Source: Chitinophagales bacterium (GTDB lineage Bacteria > Bacteroidota > Bacteroidia > Chitinophagales > CAIOSU01). Taken from it: a DNA stretch of 57,032 nucleotides. The notes below the pieces were generated by a model that was given only the letters and a program-made list of their open reading frames with translations, was not told the DNA's origin and ran no database searches. Made by a program: the position numbers and the translations under genes. Numbering within the stretch: position 1 is the stretch's first letter; every line of letters begins with the position of its first letter. The DNA lies in contig JBBDNB010000050.1 of the NCBI GenBank assembly GCA_040877935.1, forward strand, positions 1 through 57,032, written 5' to 3'. Shown here one piece after another: positions 44,901 to 55,224 of this stretch.

Positions 44901-46745
44901 CTAAGCGTCCTTCCCCTCAATTTTTGAAGCAATATACTTTTCTACATTCTCTTCCAGAATATCCAACGGCACTGCACCATTGGCAATAACTACTTCATGG
45001 AATTCACGAATGTCGAATAGTTTGCCCATTTCCCGCATTGCTTTCTTGCGCAGCTCCAGAATTTTCAATTGCCCTACTTTATAAGCAGTAGCCTGTCCGG
45101 GTAGTACAATATGCCTTTCCACCATTTTCACACAGTCATCATAAGGGTTGGGCGTGTTTTCAGAATAAAAGGCAATGCCTTCTTCACGTGTCCATTTTTT
45201 GGAGTGAATACCGGCATCTACTACCATGCGGCAGGCGCGCCACAATTCCATGGCCAGTCGACCGAAATCTGAGTAAGGGTCGGAATAAAAACCCATTTCC
45301 CTGGGAATGTATTCTGAGTATAGTCCCCAGCCTTCAATATAAGCTGTGTAATTTCCGCCCAGGGTCCTGAACTTAGGCAGCCCCTCTAATTCCTGAGCAA
45401 TGCTCAGCTGCATGTGGTGGCCGGGAATCCCTTCGTGATAGGCCAGGGCTTCCATTTGATAAACCGGCATTTGGCTCATGTCATAGAGATTGACATAATA
45501 AGTGCCAGGCCTTGAACCGTCTGGTGCGGGTCTTTGATAAAATGCCTTACCGGCAGTTTTTTCTCGAAATGCTTCCACTCTTTTTACTGTGAGTTTAGCT
45601 TCTGGCTTGGTGATGAAAAGTTCATCCAATCGGGTACGCATTGTATCTATCAGCGCAATGGATTCATGCAGGTATTTTGCTTTTCCACTTGAATCATTGG
45701 AATAATAGAATTGCTCATCTTCTCTCATGAATTTGAAAAAAGCCTGCAAATCTCCCTCAAAATCAACCTGACCTTTGATATTGCGCATTTCATTGTGGAT
45801 GCGCTCCACTTCTTCCATGCCTTTATTGAAAATGTCATCAGCACTAAGCTCGGTAGTTGTGATCTTTTGAAGTTGGGAATCGTAAAATTCATTGCCATTC
45901 TCAAATTTCCATACACCAGCTTCTTCAGTGGCTTTGCGCTCAATTCTGACTATTTCAGCAATTAATTCCCTGTATGCTGGAAGCATAATGGTTTTCAAAC
46001 TCTTTTCAGCATTATTAAGCATTGTCTTTTTATCAGCATCAGAAAGGCTGTCGAGTGCTGAAATTTTTGATTTAAAATCTGCATACACAGCATTCGTATC
46101 TGCTGAATTGTCCAATGGATAACCGGAAATGATATTTTTGCAATCGTCAAGCACGTGTGGAAACACAAATTTTGGAGCGATGATGTTTTTCTCAGCTCTG
46201 AGTTCTAAATTATCGATCAATTGTTCGATAGGATAGTCCACGGTGGACAGTCGCGTAAGATAATCCTCGGCATCTTTGATTGTGCTGATCCGGTGGATAT
46301 TGATGAAAAAAGAAGGAATCCATGAGTGGGTGCCATGCATTTGGTTCACAGGGTAGGAGTAGTGTCTGAATTTGAATCGCTCTATACCTTGTTCGAGGCT
46401 TTTAATTTTCATGCGGTAGCTGAGCTCGCCTTGGGGAGTCATTTTAGCTGGGTCAAATTTCATTTTAAGTGTATCGAGTAAAGCTTTATCCAACTTATGT
46501 TCAACAATTTCCATAGAATCAGAACGGTCGCTCCATTTATCGTAATCTTTTTTTATGCCGAGGTACGATTGCCAGGTAGGGTAGCGGTCAACTTGTTCGT
46601 CCCATTTTTCATCCAGGAATTCAAAAAAATCTTTGGTGTAAGTTTCCGGGTCAGTCTTTTCCACTTTTTTATCTGAAGCGGAATTGTTACAGGCTGCAAT
46701 TAAAAACAGAGTAATGGCAAATACAATCGAGTATTGAAATTTCAT
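44901..46745 (-). CDS. DUF885-family putative metallopeptidase lipoprotein
   Basis: Seen: a lipoprotein-type signal sequence and an AYHEGIPGHHMQ zinc-binding-like motif. Confidence 0.55.
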   Translation of the reverse strand: MKFQYSIVFAITLFLIAACNNSASDKKVEKTDPETYTKDFFEFLDEKWDEQVDRYPTWQSYLGIKKDYDKWSDRSDSMEIVEHKLDKALLDTLKMKFDPAKMTPQGELSYRMKIKSLEQGIERFKFRHYSYPVNQMHGTHSWIPSFFINIHRISTIKDAEDYLTRLSTVDYPIEQLIDNLELRAEKNIIAPKFVFPHVLDDCKNIISGYPLDNSADTNAVYADFKSKISALDSLSDADKKTMLNNAEKSLKTIMLPAYRELIAEIVRIERKATEEAGVWKFENGNEFYDSQLQKITTTELSADDIFNKGMEEVERIHNEMRNIKGQVDFEGDLQAFFKFMREDEQFYYSNDSSGKAKYLHESIALIDTMRTRLDELFITKPEAKLTVKRVEAFREKTAGKAFYQRPAPDGSRPGTYYVNLYDMSQMPVYQMEALAYHEGIPGHHMQLSIAQELEGLPKFRTLGGNYTAYIEGWGLYSEYIPREMGFYSDPYSDFGRLAMELWRACRMVVDAGIHSKKWTREEGIAFYSENTPNPYDDCVKMVERHIVLPGQATAYKVGQLKILELRKKAMREMGKLFDIREFHEVVIANGAVPLDILEENVEKYIASKIEGKDA

Positions 46746-46782
46746 TTGGAATATTTTTTTGCAAAGTTAATTTTTTGGAGAA

Positions 46783-47832
46783 TTAATTGGACTGTCTCAA
46801 GTTAATCAATTTGATATCCACATAAACCGGCAGGTGATCGCTGTAGCCACCGTTGTATCGCGGGCCGAGATAGGTTCTGTTGGGTTTTACACCCTGGTGA
46901 GTAGGATCTTCTTCAAGCAACCAATCCTGGGAAAACACATGCGCGCGCTGGTTTTTCACTTTTAAATTCCGCTTGCCGTACCAGAGGGCTTTAGAAATAA
47001 TAATATGGTCCAGCACGCTCCATTGCCCCTGGTATTTATGGGTGCCGATATTCCAGCCTAAATTGGCTGTAAGGTTTATTAAGTGCCCATCCTCGGGTTT
47101 CTTATGCGCATTTAAAACTTCTTTTACACTAATGTCTTCTGGTTCATCATTTAAGTCTCCTGTGATGAAAATATTGGCATTTGCATCTCTTTTTTCAATT
47201 TCATCCATTTTGTTTACAATTACCTGGGCTGCCAGCATTCGTTTTGGCTCAGTAGCCACTTGCCCGCCATAGCGCGATGGCCAGTGATTTACAAAAGTAT
47301 GCAGTGTATCTTTTTCAAAAACCAGAAATTTAGCATAAAGCACATCCCTTGTGGGCCATGCATTTTCTTCCGGAAATTTTACTTCAAGGGCTTCCCATTC
47401 CAGTAGTTTCAGTTTGTCTTTTAAATAGATCAGACCAACATCAATACCGCGGTTGTCGGGCGATTCCTCATGCACAATTTCATAGCCTGAATTGATAAGT
47501 GGCGTTTTATTGAGCAATTCTTCCAGTACAAAACGGTTTTCAATTTCAGCAAATCCTACTATATCAACTGTTCCCCATTCCCCAACAGCCATTATTATTT
47601 TAGAGGTTTTCTGCAATTTGTCATTGTAGCGCCACCAGTTCCAGCGGTTGTTGCCCTCGGGCGTAAAATCATCATCGCGCTTCAGGCTGTCGTTGTAGGT
47701 GTCAAACAGGTTTTCTACGTTGTAGAACATCAGGCGCAGTGATTGCTCATCTGAATTGTTCTGTGCAAATGAGGGCTGAATGGCAATAAACAGCAGCAAA
47801 CAGAATATGATGTGTTTTAGGTGTTTTTTCAT
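46783..47832 (-). CDS. Secreted endonuclease/exonuclease/phosphatase (EEP) family protein
   Basis: Seen: a signal peptide and EEP motifs (RLMFYNVENLFD, SDHLPVYVD). Confidence 0.6.
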   Translation of the reverse strand: MKKHLKHIIFCLLLFIAIQPSFAQNNSDEQSLRLMFYNVENLFDTYNDSLKRDDDFTPEGNNRWNWWRYNDKLQKTSKIIMAVGEWGTVDIVGFAEIENRFVLEELLNKTPLINSGYEIVHEESPDNRGIDVGLIYLKDKLKLLEWEALEVKFPEENAWPTRDVLYAKFLVFEKDTLHTFVNHWPSRYGGQVATEPKRMLAAQVIVNKMDEIEKRDANANIFITGDLNDEPEDISVKEVLNAHKKPEDGHLINLTANLGWNIGTHKYQGQWSVLDHIIISKALWYGKRNLKVKNQRAHVFSQDWLLEEDPTHQGVKPNRTYLGPRYNGGYSDHLPVYVDIKLINLRQSN

Positions 47833-47870
47833 CCTGCTGTTAAAGTTAGTTTTTTTCGGGTTTTAAGCTG

Positions 47871-48047
47871 TTAGCATAGAAGATAAATTGTGGAGTCACT
47901 GATTTTGATTTGATCAATGTAAGGATATATCTGTTGGTATCCGTAGCGAGGCGCTACGGATAGTGGGAGTATAATTTGGCCTATCCGACTATTTGTATTT
48001 AAAATGGCACTAAAGATTATATTTGAATCAGCGATTAGCTTAGTCAT
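47871..48047 (-). pseudogene. Truncated PIN-domain (VapC-like) toxin remnant
   Basis: Seen: an ORF beginning MTKLIADSNIIFSAILNTNS, a PIN-like N-terminus, overlapping the stop of the upstream small ORF (ATG within gATGACtaa). It terminates after 58 aa, whereas PIN domains are about 130 aa. A 25-bp GC-rich hairpin tatccgtagcgaggcgctacggata lies inside it. Confidence 0.45.
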
Positions 48048-48249
48048 CTAATCCAATCTCTTTTTTTATTTTATCCCAACGATTGGTTTTTGCCTTTTTA
48101 GTTAAGTTTTCTACATCTTTCTCCGTTGCTCTAGATTTTGAAGTGAGTTCTTCATATCTTAAATAATCTAAGATGGATTGGATTTCAGAAGCCTTTGTGC
48201 CTACTGAAATCCTTACTAATATTTCATCGTCTTGACGTTCAACTATCAT
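48040..48249 (-). CDS. Small antitoxin-like protein (VapB-position partner of the PIN remnant)
   Basis: Seen: 69 aa, charged and helical, immediately upstream of and overlapping the PIN-like ORF. The antitoxin role is inferred from gene arrangement only. Confidence 0.4.
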   Translation of the reverse strand: MIVERQDDEILVRISVGTKASEIQSILDYLRYEELTSKSRATEKDVENLTKKAKTNRWDKIKKEIGLDD

Positions 48250-48524
48250 TTTCCTGTTTTTCTTAAAGTTAACTATAAATTTTATTTTTAGGTTTTGATA
48301 GGTATGTATTTTTCTGGCTTAATGTCAGCTATAAATGTGCAACGATTGGTCTGCATTATGTTAATATAGCTTAGCCTTTGCAGCATAGCGTTTATTTTTT
48401 GAGGGCAGGCTTTTATTCTTTTTCTTTCGGGCGGCTCCTGGAACACTCTTTTGACAAATTGAAGCATAGGGTAGGAGGGGAATTGAAAACTGGGACTGGG
48501 CATCCGTAGCGTGGGACTGGGCGA

Positions 48525-49385
48525 TTATTTTATTTTTTTAACTTTAGAAATATATGAGACTACATTTCCTGGAGCAGTTAATTCTGCTTCAGTAAGATTA
48601 AGATTTTGTCCTCTCAGTGAAACTAATGCTTTGAAAGCAGAACTGTAGTTTGATGTTTTTAAACTCATAACAATTTCAGGGATTGCAGTGATAACAGTTG
48701 AAATTATTCCAAAGCTGTATTTTTTATGCTGAATTTCCATATACTTTTCATATTCATATAGGAGTTGTTGTAGTTCTTCCAGTAATAAATTTGGTGGTGT
48801 TTCGATAGATGCTTGTTTTTGAAGCCATATTCTTAATTTACGTAATTTTGCTTTGTTTTCTTCATCATTTCTAAATTGGATTAAGTCGTCCCAAGGAATG
48901 TTTTCAGGTGGAAGGGGAACTTGGTTAAGAATTACTTCTAATGAATTTAAACAATTGTTGTTTTTGTTAAATAAATTTACTGGATCTACGTGAGCAGCAA
49001 TTTGGACGTCATTGTAAAATAAATTTTTAGCGTAATAACGGAGTTGAGCATCAACTGGATTCTCGTCTAAAACATCTTTATTATCTTTCTTATTACTATA
49101 AGCTAGCCCAATTGGAATTATAATATCTTTATCTTCCATGAACGCTTTAGCAGGACTCCAATTTCCAAAGTGGATAATATCAGGAACTTCAACACCGAAA
49201 TTTTTAATAACATTTTTTTCTCTTAGAAATGATATATCAGCATTAACTCTATCTCTTTCATCTGTAGGAATTTCTTTCCTTTCAAGGGAGAGAATTAAAA
49301 TTTGATCAAAAAATAATGCCATTCTTTGTGCTTCTGTTACATTTAATAATAAATCTTTTGAAGCTATAATTGCCCTACTTATCAT
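48525..49385 (-). CDS. Hypothetical protein, low-GC orphan (286 aa)
   Basis: Seen: an uninterrupted 286-aa ORF with markedly lower GC (about 30%) and AT-rich codon usage than its neighbours. A 180-bp AT-rich upstream region precedes it. No motif was recognised. Confidence 0.5.
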   Translation of the reverse strand: MISRAIIASKDLLLNVTEAQRMALFFDQILILSLERKEIPTDERDRVNADISFLREKNVIKNFGVEVPDIIHFGNWSPAKAFMEDKDIIIPIGLAYSNKKDNKDVLDENPVDAQLRYYAKNLFYNDVQIAAHVDPVNLFNKNNNCLNSLEVILNQVPLPPENIPWDDLIQFRNDEENKAKLRKLRIWLQKQASIETPPNLLLEELQQLLYEYEKYMEIQHKKYSFGIISTVITAIPEIVMSLKTSNYSSAFKALVSLRGQNLNLTEAELTAPGNVVSYISKVKKIK

Positions 49386-49565
49386 TTTGATACTGTTTTA
49401 TTGTTTAATTATTATGTCATAAAATTAAATTTATTTTTTAACTTACTGAAAGTTTTGTATAATAACCCAATCTTTCTGCATTATTTTAACTTGTGGCAAT
49501 TAGTAGCAGCTTAAATACATTAAGTATTCTGTTCAATCCCAGTAAACAATCAATAGAACACAACC

Positions 49566-50285
49566 TTACTTTTTAACCAACCTTGCCAAATAATCAAAAT
49601 GCTCCCCGTTGGCAATAAACTCGCATTTAAATCCATAGGCCTCTGCCCATTCTTTCATGGTTTGGTAATCGATAAAAAGCCAGGGGAAGGGCCGGGTTCG
49701 TTGGTCTTTATATTCCATTTGGTAAATCACTTCTCCATAATAATGGGGAGACAAGGCTTCTAAAATCTTTTCATTGGTTTCGTGGAAAATATATTGCAGA
49801 TCGGAGGAATCAAAAATAAGTTGGCCACCGGGTTTTAGCAGTTCGTCTGCTTTTAGGAAAAAACGCCCCAGTTCGTAAATTTCACCGCAAATGCCAATTC
49901 CGTTCATCAACATCAGAATGCTATCAAATTGGCCGGGATAGGTGAAATCAAAAAAATCGGTCTGTTGTGCTTTTAAACCAAAATGCTGAAGCCAGGCTAC
50001 CGCACCAGGTGAAATATCTATGCATTCGACATCTTTTCCTTTGCTGTGCAAATTTATACTGTGGCAGCCCGATGCAGCACCAACATCCAGGATTTTTCCC
50101 TCAGCAAGCTCCAAAGCCTTTTGTTCGAGCTTAGGCATTTCCTTATAATTCCTGAATAAATGTTTGCCGGTGATATAATCGGGATCGGATAAATTGGCAT
50201 AGACCTCTATGCGGGCGTCTTTTTCTCCCTGCTGATAATCCCAGATTAATTTTCCGATAGGATCTTTGCCGTTAAATTTCAACAT
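49566..50285 (-). CDS. Class I SAM-dependent methyltransferase (small-molecule type)
   Basis: Seen: SAM-binding motif I ILDVGAASGCHS and a post-I acidic region. Confidence 0.7.
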   Translation of the reverse strand: MLKFNGKDPIGKLIWDYQQGEKDARIEVYANLSDPDYITGKHLFRNYKEMPKLEQKALELAEGKILDVGAASGCHSINLHSKGKDVECIDISPGAVAWLQHFGLKAQQTDFFDFTYPGQFDSILMLMNGIGICGEIYELGRFFLKADELLKPGGQLIFDSSDLQYIFHETNEKILEALSPHYYGEVIYQMEYKDQRTRPFPWLFIDYQTMKEWAEAYGFKCEFIANGEHFDYLARLVKK

Positions 50286-50337
50286 CGAATGGCTTTTGCT
50301 TAATTTTACACAAAAATCACCAATAAAATTTAGAATA

Positions 50338-50700
50338 ATGAGCTACGAAGTAAGTGGAAGAATAGTTAAGATTTTTGATACCCAGGTTTTTAACAGTGGA
50401 TTTCAAAAAAGAGAATTTGTGGTAGAAACCCAGGAACAGTATCCACAGCCCATTAAGCTTGAATTTTTTAAAGACAAATGCAGTGTGCTCGATAAATACA
50501 ATGAAGGAGACCAGGTGAATGTTTCTTTCAATTTGAGAGGGAATGAATACAATGAGAAGTTCTTTGTCAATCTACAGGCCTGGAAAATGGAAAAAACCGG
50601 GCAGGCACAAGGCCATTCAGATTTTAGCGATGCGCCCATACCTTCTGCCAGTGATGCCCCTCCAGAGGAAGATCAGGAATTCAATGATTTGCCTTTTTAA
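50338..50700 (+). CDS. DUF3127-like protein
   Basis: Recalled family (MSYEVSGRIVKIFDTQVFNSGFQKREFVVE ...). The start was moved to this internal Met. The acidic C-terminal tail ends DLPF. Confidence 0.45.
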   Translation: MSYEVSGRIVKIFDTQVFNSGFQKREFVVETQEQYPQPIKLEFFKDKCSVLDKYNEGDQVNVSFNLRGNEYNEKFFVNLQAWKMEKTGQAQGHSDFSDAPIPSASDAPPEEDQEFNDLPF

Positions 50701-50758
50701 AATGTAATTGAATGCTGCTAAGTTGCGAAGGCACGCAATTCAGATTTGAAAAAAGTTT

Positions 50759-50782
50759 AGGGGCGCACGGCCGTGCGCCCCT
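50759..50782. terminator. Bidirectional intrinsic terminator between DUF3127 and dnaG
   Basis: Seen: hairpin aggggcgcacggccgtgcgcccct with a 10-bp GC stem, flanked by an A-run upstream and a T-run downstream. Confidence 0.65.
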
Positions 50783-50829
50783 AAAATTTTTGAGTTCGAC
50801 AACTAATTTATAATACCTCAACTTCACAA

Positions 50830-52773
50830 TTATCTTTTAGTTACTACTGAGCCCAGACCGGTAGCAAGTTCTGACCAGTTTTTATGCAATTCTTTTTTAA
50901 ATTTCAATTGCTCAATCAGTTCTTCTTCTGTACCACTGTGGTTTTTTATTTCCTGGTCTAATTCTTCAATCATGGTTTCAATTTTTCTTTGCAAAAAGCG
51001 CTGTAAAGAGGTTTTGACATCTTGCCTTAGAATTACCTGTCTGTCGGTACTATAGATTTCATGTTTTTTCTCCCAATTTTCACTCAATTCATAAGGATAA
51101 TGCATAAAATTGACAATGCAGTTGCGCAATTTTTCATCTTCGTGATTGATCAATGATTTTGGATCCAGCAGTTCTTCTTTTTCAAAAGCAGTTTTGTATT
51201 CCTGCAAAATGGCGGCATATACAGGGTTTTGAAATTCCAGTTCCTGCTCTTCTAATGTGGCCAGAACGAATTGAACCACACTTATATCTTCTTCGATTTC
51301 ATCAGCCCCGTATTCTACCAGGAGGCGGATCACATTTTTTTCCAGCAGGTCATGAATGTTTTCCGCTTCTATAAATTCCTGTTGCGGAGATTTCTTTGCA
51401 ATATTTGTTTCTTCGGGATCAACGGATTTTTCAGCTTCAGCTTCTTGTCTGCCCAATTTTTTCCGCTGCGCATTTCTGCGCAATTTATTTATGGCATCTA
51501 TCAACAGTGCTTCTTCCATATCAAGAATCAAGGCGCAGTCTTTGGTGTAGATAGAGCGCTTGAGCGCATCCTTGATCAGCGCAAGACTTTGCACTACTTC
51601 GCGCAGTACTTCAGCTCTTTTAGAAGGATTATTTCCCGCCTCTTTTTTTAGATATTTGGCTTTGAAGTGCAGAAAATCATCGCTTTGTTCCTGTACATAA
51701 TCTCTAAATCCCTGTCCCCCATTGGCTTTTACAAATGAATCGGGGTCTTCAGATTCGGGCAGCAAAAGCATATTGACATTGATGTCTTCTTCCAGGCAAA
51801 TATCAAGGCCTCTGAATGCAGCTTTAATTCCAGCAGCATCACCATCGTAAAGCATAGTGATGTTGTTGCTTAGTCTTTTTATCAGACGTACTTGCTCTAC
51901 TGTGAGCGCAGTTCCTGCAGAAGCCACTACATTTTCTATGCCTGCTTGAGAAAGTGATACCACATCGGTATAACCCTCTACCATATAGCAATTGTCTTCT
52001 TTTCGAATGGCTTGTTTGGCCTGAAAAAGTCCGTAGAGCAGTTTGCTTTTATTATAAACTTCTGATTCAGGAGTATTGAGGTATTTTGGTATGGACTTTT
52101 CTGTTTTTAGGGCACGACCGCCAAAGCCCACAACTTTTCCAATATAGTTGTGAATGGTAAAAAGCACCCGATGTCTGAAAAAATCTATATTGCCTTTTTC
52201 TCTTTCCTTAACCAGTCCTGCTTTTGTTAACACTTCTTCTTTGAACTGCTGTTTCAACATAGTTTTGTAGAGGTGATCCCACCCTTCAGCAGCATAGCCC
52301 AATTCAAATCTCTTGATGGTCTCATCATTAAACCCGCGTTCTTTGAGGTAGGAGAGGCCTATGTTTTTTCCTTCTTCTGTTTCAAACAATTGTTTTTTAT
52401 AATAATCGCAGGCAAAATTATTGGCAATTAATATCGCGGCCTTTAAATCCTGCTGCTTGTCGTATTCTTCATCGGGCTCAGTATCTTCTTCAAGTTCAAT
52501 ATTGTAGCGTTTAGCGAGATAGCGCAACGCTTCAGGATAGGAAAAACCTTCCATTTCCATTATAAAAGTGACGACACTACCGCCTTTTCCCGAACTAAAA
52601 TCCTTGAAAATATTTTTGGCAGGAGATACGTGAAATGAAGGTGTTTTCTCATTTGTCCATGGACTAAGCCCTACATAGCCGCTACCGCGCTTTTTCAAAC
52701 GCACATAATCGCCCACTACTTCTTCAATTACTGCGGTATTAAAAATTTTATCTATGCTGGCTTTTGAGATCAT
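50830..52773 (-). CDS. dnaG: DNA primase DnaG
   Basis: Seen: an N-terminal zinc-binding-domain-like region (VGLSPWTNEKTPSFHV) and a TOPRIM region (YMVEGYTDV ... LYDGDAAG), 647 aa. Confidence 0.85.
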   Translation of the reverse strand: MISKASIDKIFNTAVIEEVVGDYVRLKKRGSGYVGLSPWTNEKTPSFHVSPAKNIFKDFSSGKGGSVVTFIMEMEGFSYPEALRYLAKRYNIELEEDTEPDEEYDKQQDLKAAILIANNFACDYYKKQLFETEEGKNIGLSYLKERGFNDETIKRFELGYAAEGWDHLYKTMLKQQFKEEVLTKAGLVKEREKGNIDFFRHRVLFTIHNYIGKVVGFGGRALKTEKSIPKYLNTPESEVYNKSKLLYGLFQAKQAIRKEDNCYMVEGYTDVVSLSQAGIENVVASAGTALTVEQVRLIKRLSNNITMLYDGDAAGIKAAFRGLDICLEEDINVNMLLLPESEDPDSFVKANGGQGFRDYVQEQSDDFLHFKAKYLKKEAGNNPSKRAEVLREVVQSLALIKDALKRSIYTKDCALILDMEEALLIDAINKLRRNAQRKKLGRQEAEAEKSVDPEETNIAKKSPQQEFIEAENIHDLLEKNVIRLLVEYGADEIEEDISVVQFVLATLEEQELEFQNPVYAAILQEYKTAFEKEELLDPKSLINHEDEKLRNCIVNFMHYPYELSENWEKKHEIYSTDRQVILRQDVKTSLQRFLQRKIETMIEELDQEIKNHSGTEEELIEQLKFKKELHKNWSELATGLGSVVTKR

Positions 52774-52869
52774 GCTTTAAAATTACAAAATTAAGCATGC
52801 AAGTGCTTTAAATTTTTGGCACAGAATTGGTAAATCTGAAATAAAACCAATAAAAAAAGGGAGGCTATT

Positions 52870-53556
52870 ATGAAAACTTCAATTTTGATTTTCTGCACAG
52901 TATTGATCAGTCAGGCCGCAATGTTTGCAAATGTAATTATGAGCGAGCTGCGCATTGTCGATCCGCAAAACGAATTTTTTGCCGTTCAGCTCAACAATGC
53001 TGCTTTTACCAATGTAGCCAATGAACATGTTTTTGAAAATATCCGCCCGGGAAATCACAATATTAAACTGGCGAATATGCAGCAAGATCGATTTGGAAAT
53101 AGACAGTTTAGCATATTTGCTAATCAACAAATACATATTCGCCCTGCCACGCGCAATATTGCGGTAATCAATGCTTTTAATGAATTGGTAATCGTTTTCA
53201 GCGAGCAAATTCGCACGAGATTGCATGTCCCTGTAAATTATGAGCCTGTAGCTACTCAGCCTATTCACCCCGTTGGCGTATCCGATTACGATTTCAGTCA
53301 GTTTTTGGCAATAGTTGAGCGTCAGAGTTTTGAGTCCACCAAGCTGAATATGATGCGCAATTTTATTCGCCAAAATGATTTGAATTCTTATCAGGTAAAA
53401 AGCCTGATGCATGTCCTGACTTTTGAAAGTTCCCGGTTGGAAATTGCAAAATTGGCTTTTGGAAATGTACTGGATCCGAATAATTACTATGTGGTAAATG
53501 ACGCTTTTCAGTTCGAAAGCAGTATTCGGCAACTGAACCGGGCTTTGTATGGGTAG
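52870..53556 (+). CDS. Secreted DUF4476-like protein
   Basis: Signal peptide seen; the family is recalled. Confidence 0.4.
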   Translation: MKTSILIFCTVLISQAAMFANVIMSELRIVDPQNEFFAVQLNNAAFTNVANEHVFENIRPGNHNIKLANMQQDRFGNRQFSIFANQQIHIRPATRNIAVINAFNELVIVFSEQIRTRLHVPVNYEPVATQPIHPVGVSDYDFSQFLAIVERQSFESTKLNMMRNFIRQNDLNSYQVKSLMHVLTFESSRLEIAKLAFGNVLDPNNYYVVNDAFQFESSIRQLNRALYG

Positions 53557-53695
53557 TTTTCATGCCTACAAAATCCGATTTCTAAAGGGTAGAAAAACCA
53601 ATAGCAACACTACGGGCCTTATAATCTAAGCTTCGTATCATCACTTTAAGCAATTATTTTTTAATGAAGCATTCCCTTATGCTTATATTGTAGCA

Positions 53696-54130
53696 ATGGA
53701 CTGGTTACAATGGGGGTATTGGGGATTATTTCTATCGAGTTTTTTATCTGCTACGGTCTTACTTTTTTCTTCTGAGGCTGTATTGGCGGGGATTCTTGCT
53801 GCGGGAGCAAACCCTTTTATTTCTGTTACTGTAGCTACTTTGGGAAATTGGCTCGGAGGTATGACCTCTTATGGCTTGGGGTACTTGGGTAAGTGGAATT
53901 GGATAGAGAAATACTTGCGCATCAAGCAGGAAAAGGTAATGAAATGGCAACCTAAAATTGCCCGCTATGGTAGCTTTTTTGCAATATTTAGTTTTTTACC
54001 AATTATAGGAGATGTGATTGTATTGGCATTGGGCTTTTTTAAAGCACATATTTGGTTAACCGCTTTTTGGATGTTCCTCGGTAAACTGCTCCGCTACCTT
54101 TTGATCTTGGGAGGATTTCAACTTTTTTAA
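53696..54130 (+). CDS. YqaA/DedA-related small membrane protein
   Basis: Seen: four hydrophobic helices in 144 aa, GDVIVLALG-type motif. Confidence 0.55.
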   Translation: MDWLQWGYWGLFLSSFLSATVLLFSSEAVLAGILAAGANPFISVTVATLGNWLGGMTSYGLGYLGKWNWIEKYLRIKQEKVMKWQPKIARYGSFFAIFSFLPIIGDVIVLALGFFKAHIWLTAFWMFLGKLLRYLLILGGFQLF

Positions 54131-54246
54131 AAAATTATCTAACTCAAGTAAAAGCTTTCTAAGGTTTGAAAGAATTGAAGGATCTAGACCTATTGAGCTA
54201 TGTTTAGGCTACATTTGTTTAAATAACCAAGCCCCACTGTTTATTC

Positions 54247-55224
54247 ATGCGACTACTAACCCAAGAAGATATTAGGGATGTTTTTGTCAAAGGCATTCAA
54301 AGAGGACTGCCCTTTATTCTTTCAAAATTCAACTTTTCAAGTCTGGAAAGAACCAAAAGTGCTTTTAACACTACAGCTTCGGTGGGTTCCAATTGGTGGG
54401 ATATTCCTTATGTGAAAAGGCGTTGGAATGAAAAAATCAGTGGGGATCTAGAAGTGGATTATGAAACCTATCTCACAAAGACCGTTTTTTCAAATTCCCA
54501 ACATTTAAAACTCGTTTCTATTGGCTCGGGCATTTGCAGCCATGAAATGCGATTGGCGGAACTCAATCCCAATTGGGAAATCCATTGCGTGGATATTGCA
54601 GATAATTTGCTTCAAAAAGCTGCTGAAATTTCCCGTGAAAAGGGACTGAATAATATGCAATTTCTGCATCAGGATATTTACCAATCCGATTTGCAAAAAG
54701 AATTTTATGATGTAGTGCTTTTTCATTCTTCACTGCATCATTTTGATGATATCGAACATTTTCTAAAAAACAAGATCATGCCCGTTTTAAAGGAAAATGG
54801 CAAATTGATCATCAATGAATTTGTGGGCAAAAACCGTTTGCAATTTGACAAGGAGCAAATAAAAGCCATTAATCAATGCATAAAATTGATTGACGAAGAA
54901 TATCGGGTTATATACAAGACCAATTTGCTGAAAAACAAGTTTTATGGTTCTGGTTTGTTGCGAATGATCATTGCCGATCCTTCTGAATGCATAGATTCTG
55001 AAAGCATTATGCCCAATATCCACCAGCATTTTAATACCATTGTAGAAAAGCCCTATGGGGGAAATTTACTGATGAGTGCGTTGAAAAGTATCGCCCATCA
55101 TTTTATTGAACTTGATGCCAGAAAACAGGATCTTTTGGATCAACTGTTTGCTTTTGAAGATGAATATCTGAAAAGCCACCAAAGTGATTTTGTATTTGGG
55201 GTGTATGAGAAAAAGACTCTTTAA
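54247..55224 (+). CDS. Class I SAM-dependent methyltransferase
   Basis: Seen: motif I LVSIGSGICSHE and motif II-like VVLFHSSLHHF. Confidence 0.65.
   Translation: MRLLTQEDIRDVFVKGIQRGLPFILSKFNFSSLERTKSAFNTTASVGSNWWDIPYVKRRWNEKISGDLEVDYETYLTKTVFSNSQHLKLVSIGSGICSHEMRLAELNPNWEIHCVDIADNLLQKAAEISREKGLNNMQFLHQDIYQSDLQKEFYDVVLFHSSLHHFDDIEHFLKNKIMPVLKENGKLIINEFVGKNRLQFDKEQIKAINQCIKLIDEEYRVIYKTNLLKNKFYGSGLLRMIIADPSECIDSESIMPNIHQHFNTIVEKPYGGNLLMSALKSIAHHFIELDARKQDLLDQLFAFEDEYLKSHQSDFVFGVYEKKTL

Noticed and set aside
48288-48503. 71-aa ORF (MPSPSFQFPSYPM ...)
   Set aside because: It is proline-rich with an unnatural composition, and it lies across the GC-rich repeat and putative promoter region upstream of the antitoxin-like gene. 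Probably non-coding.
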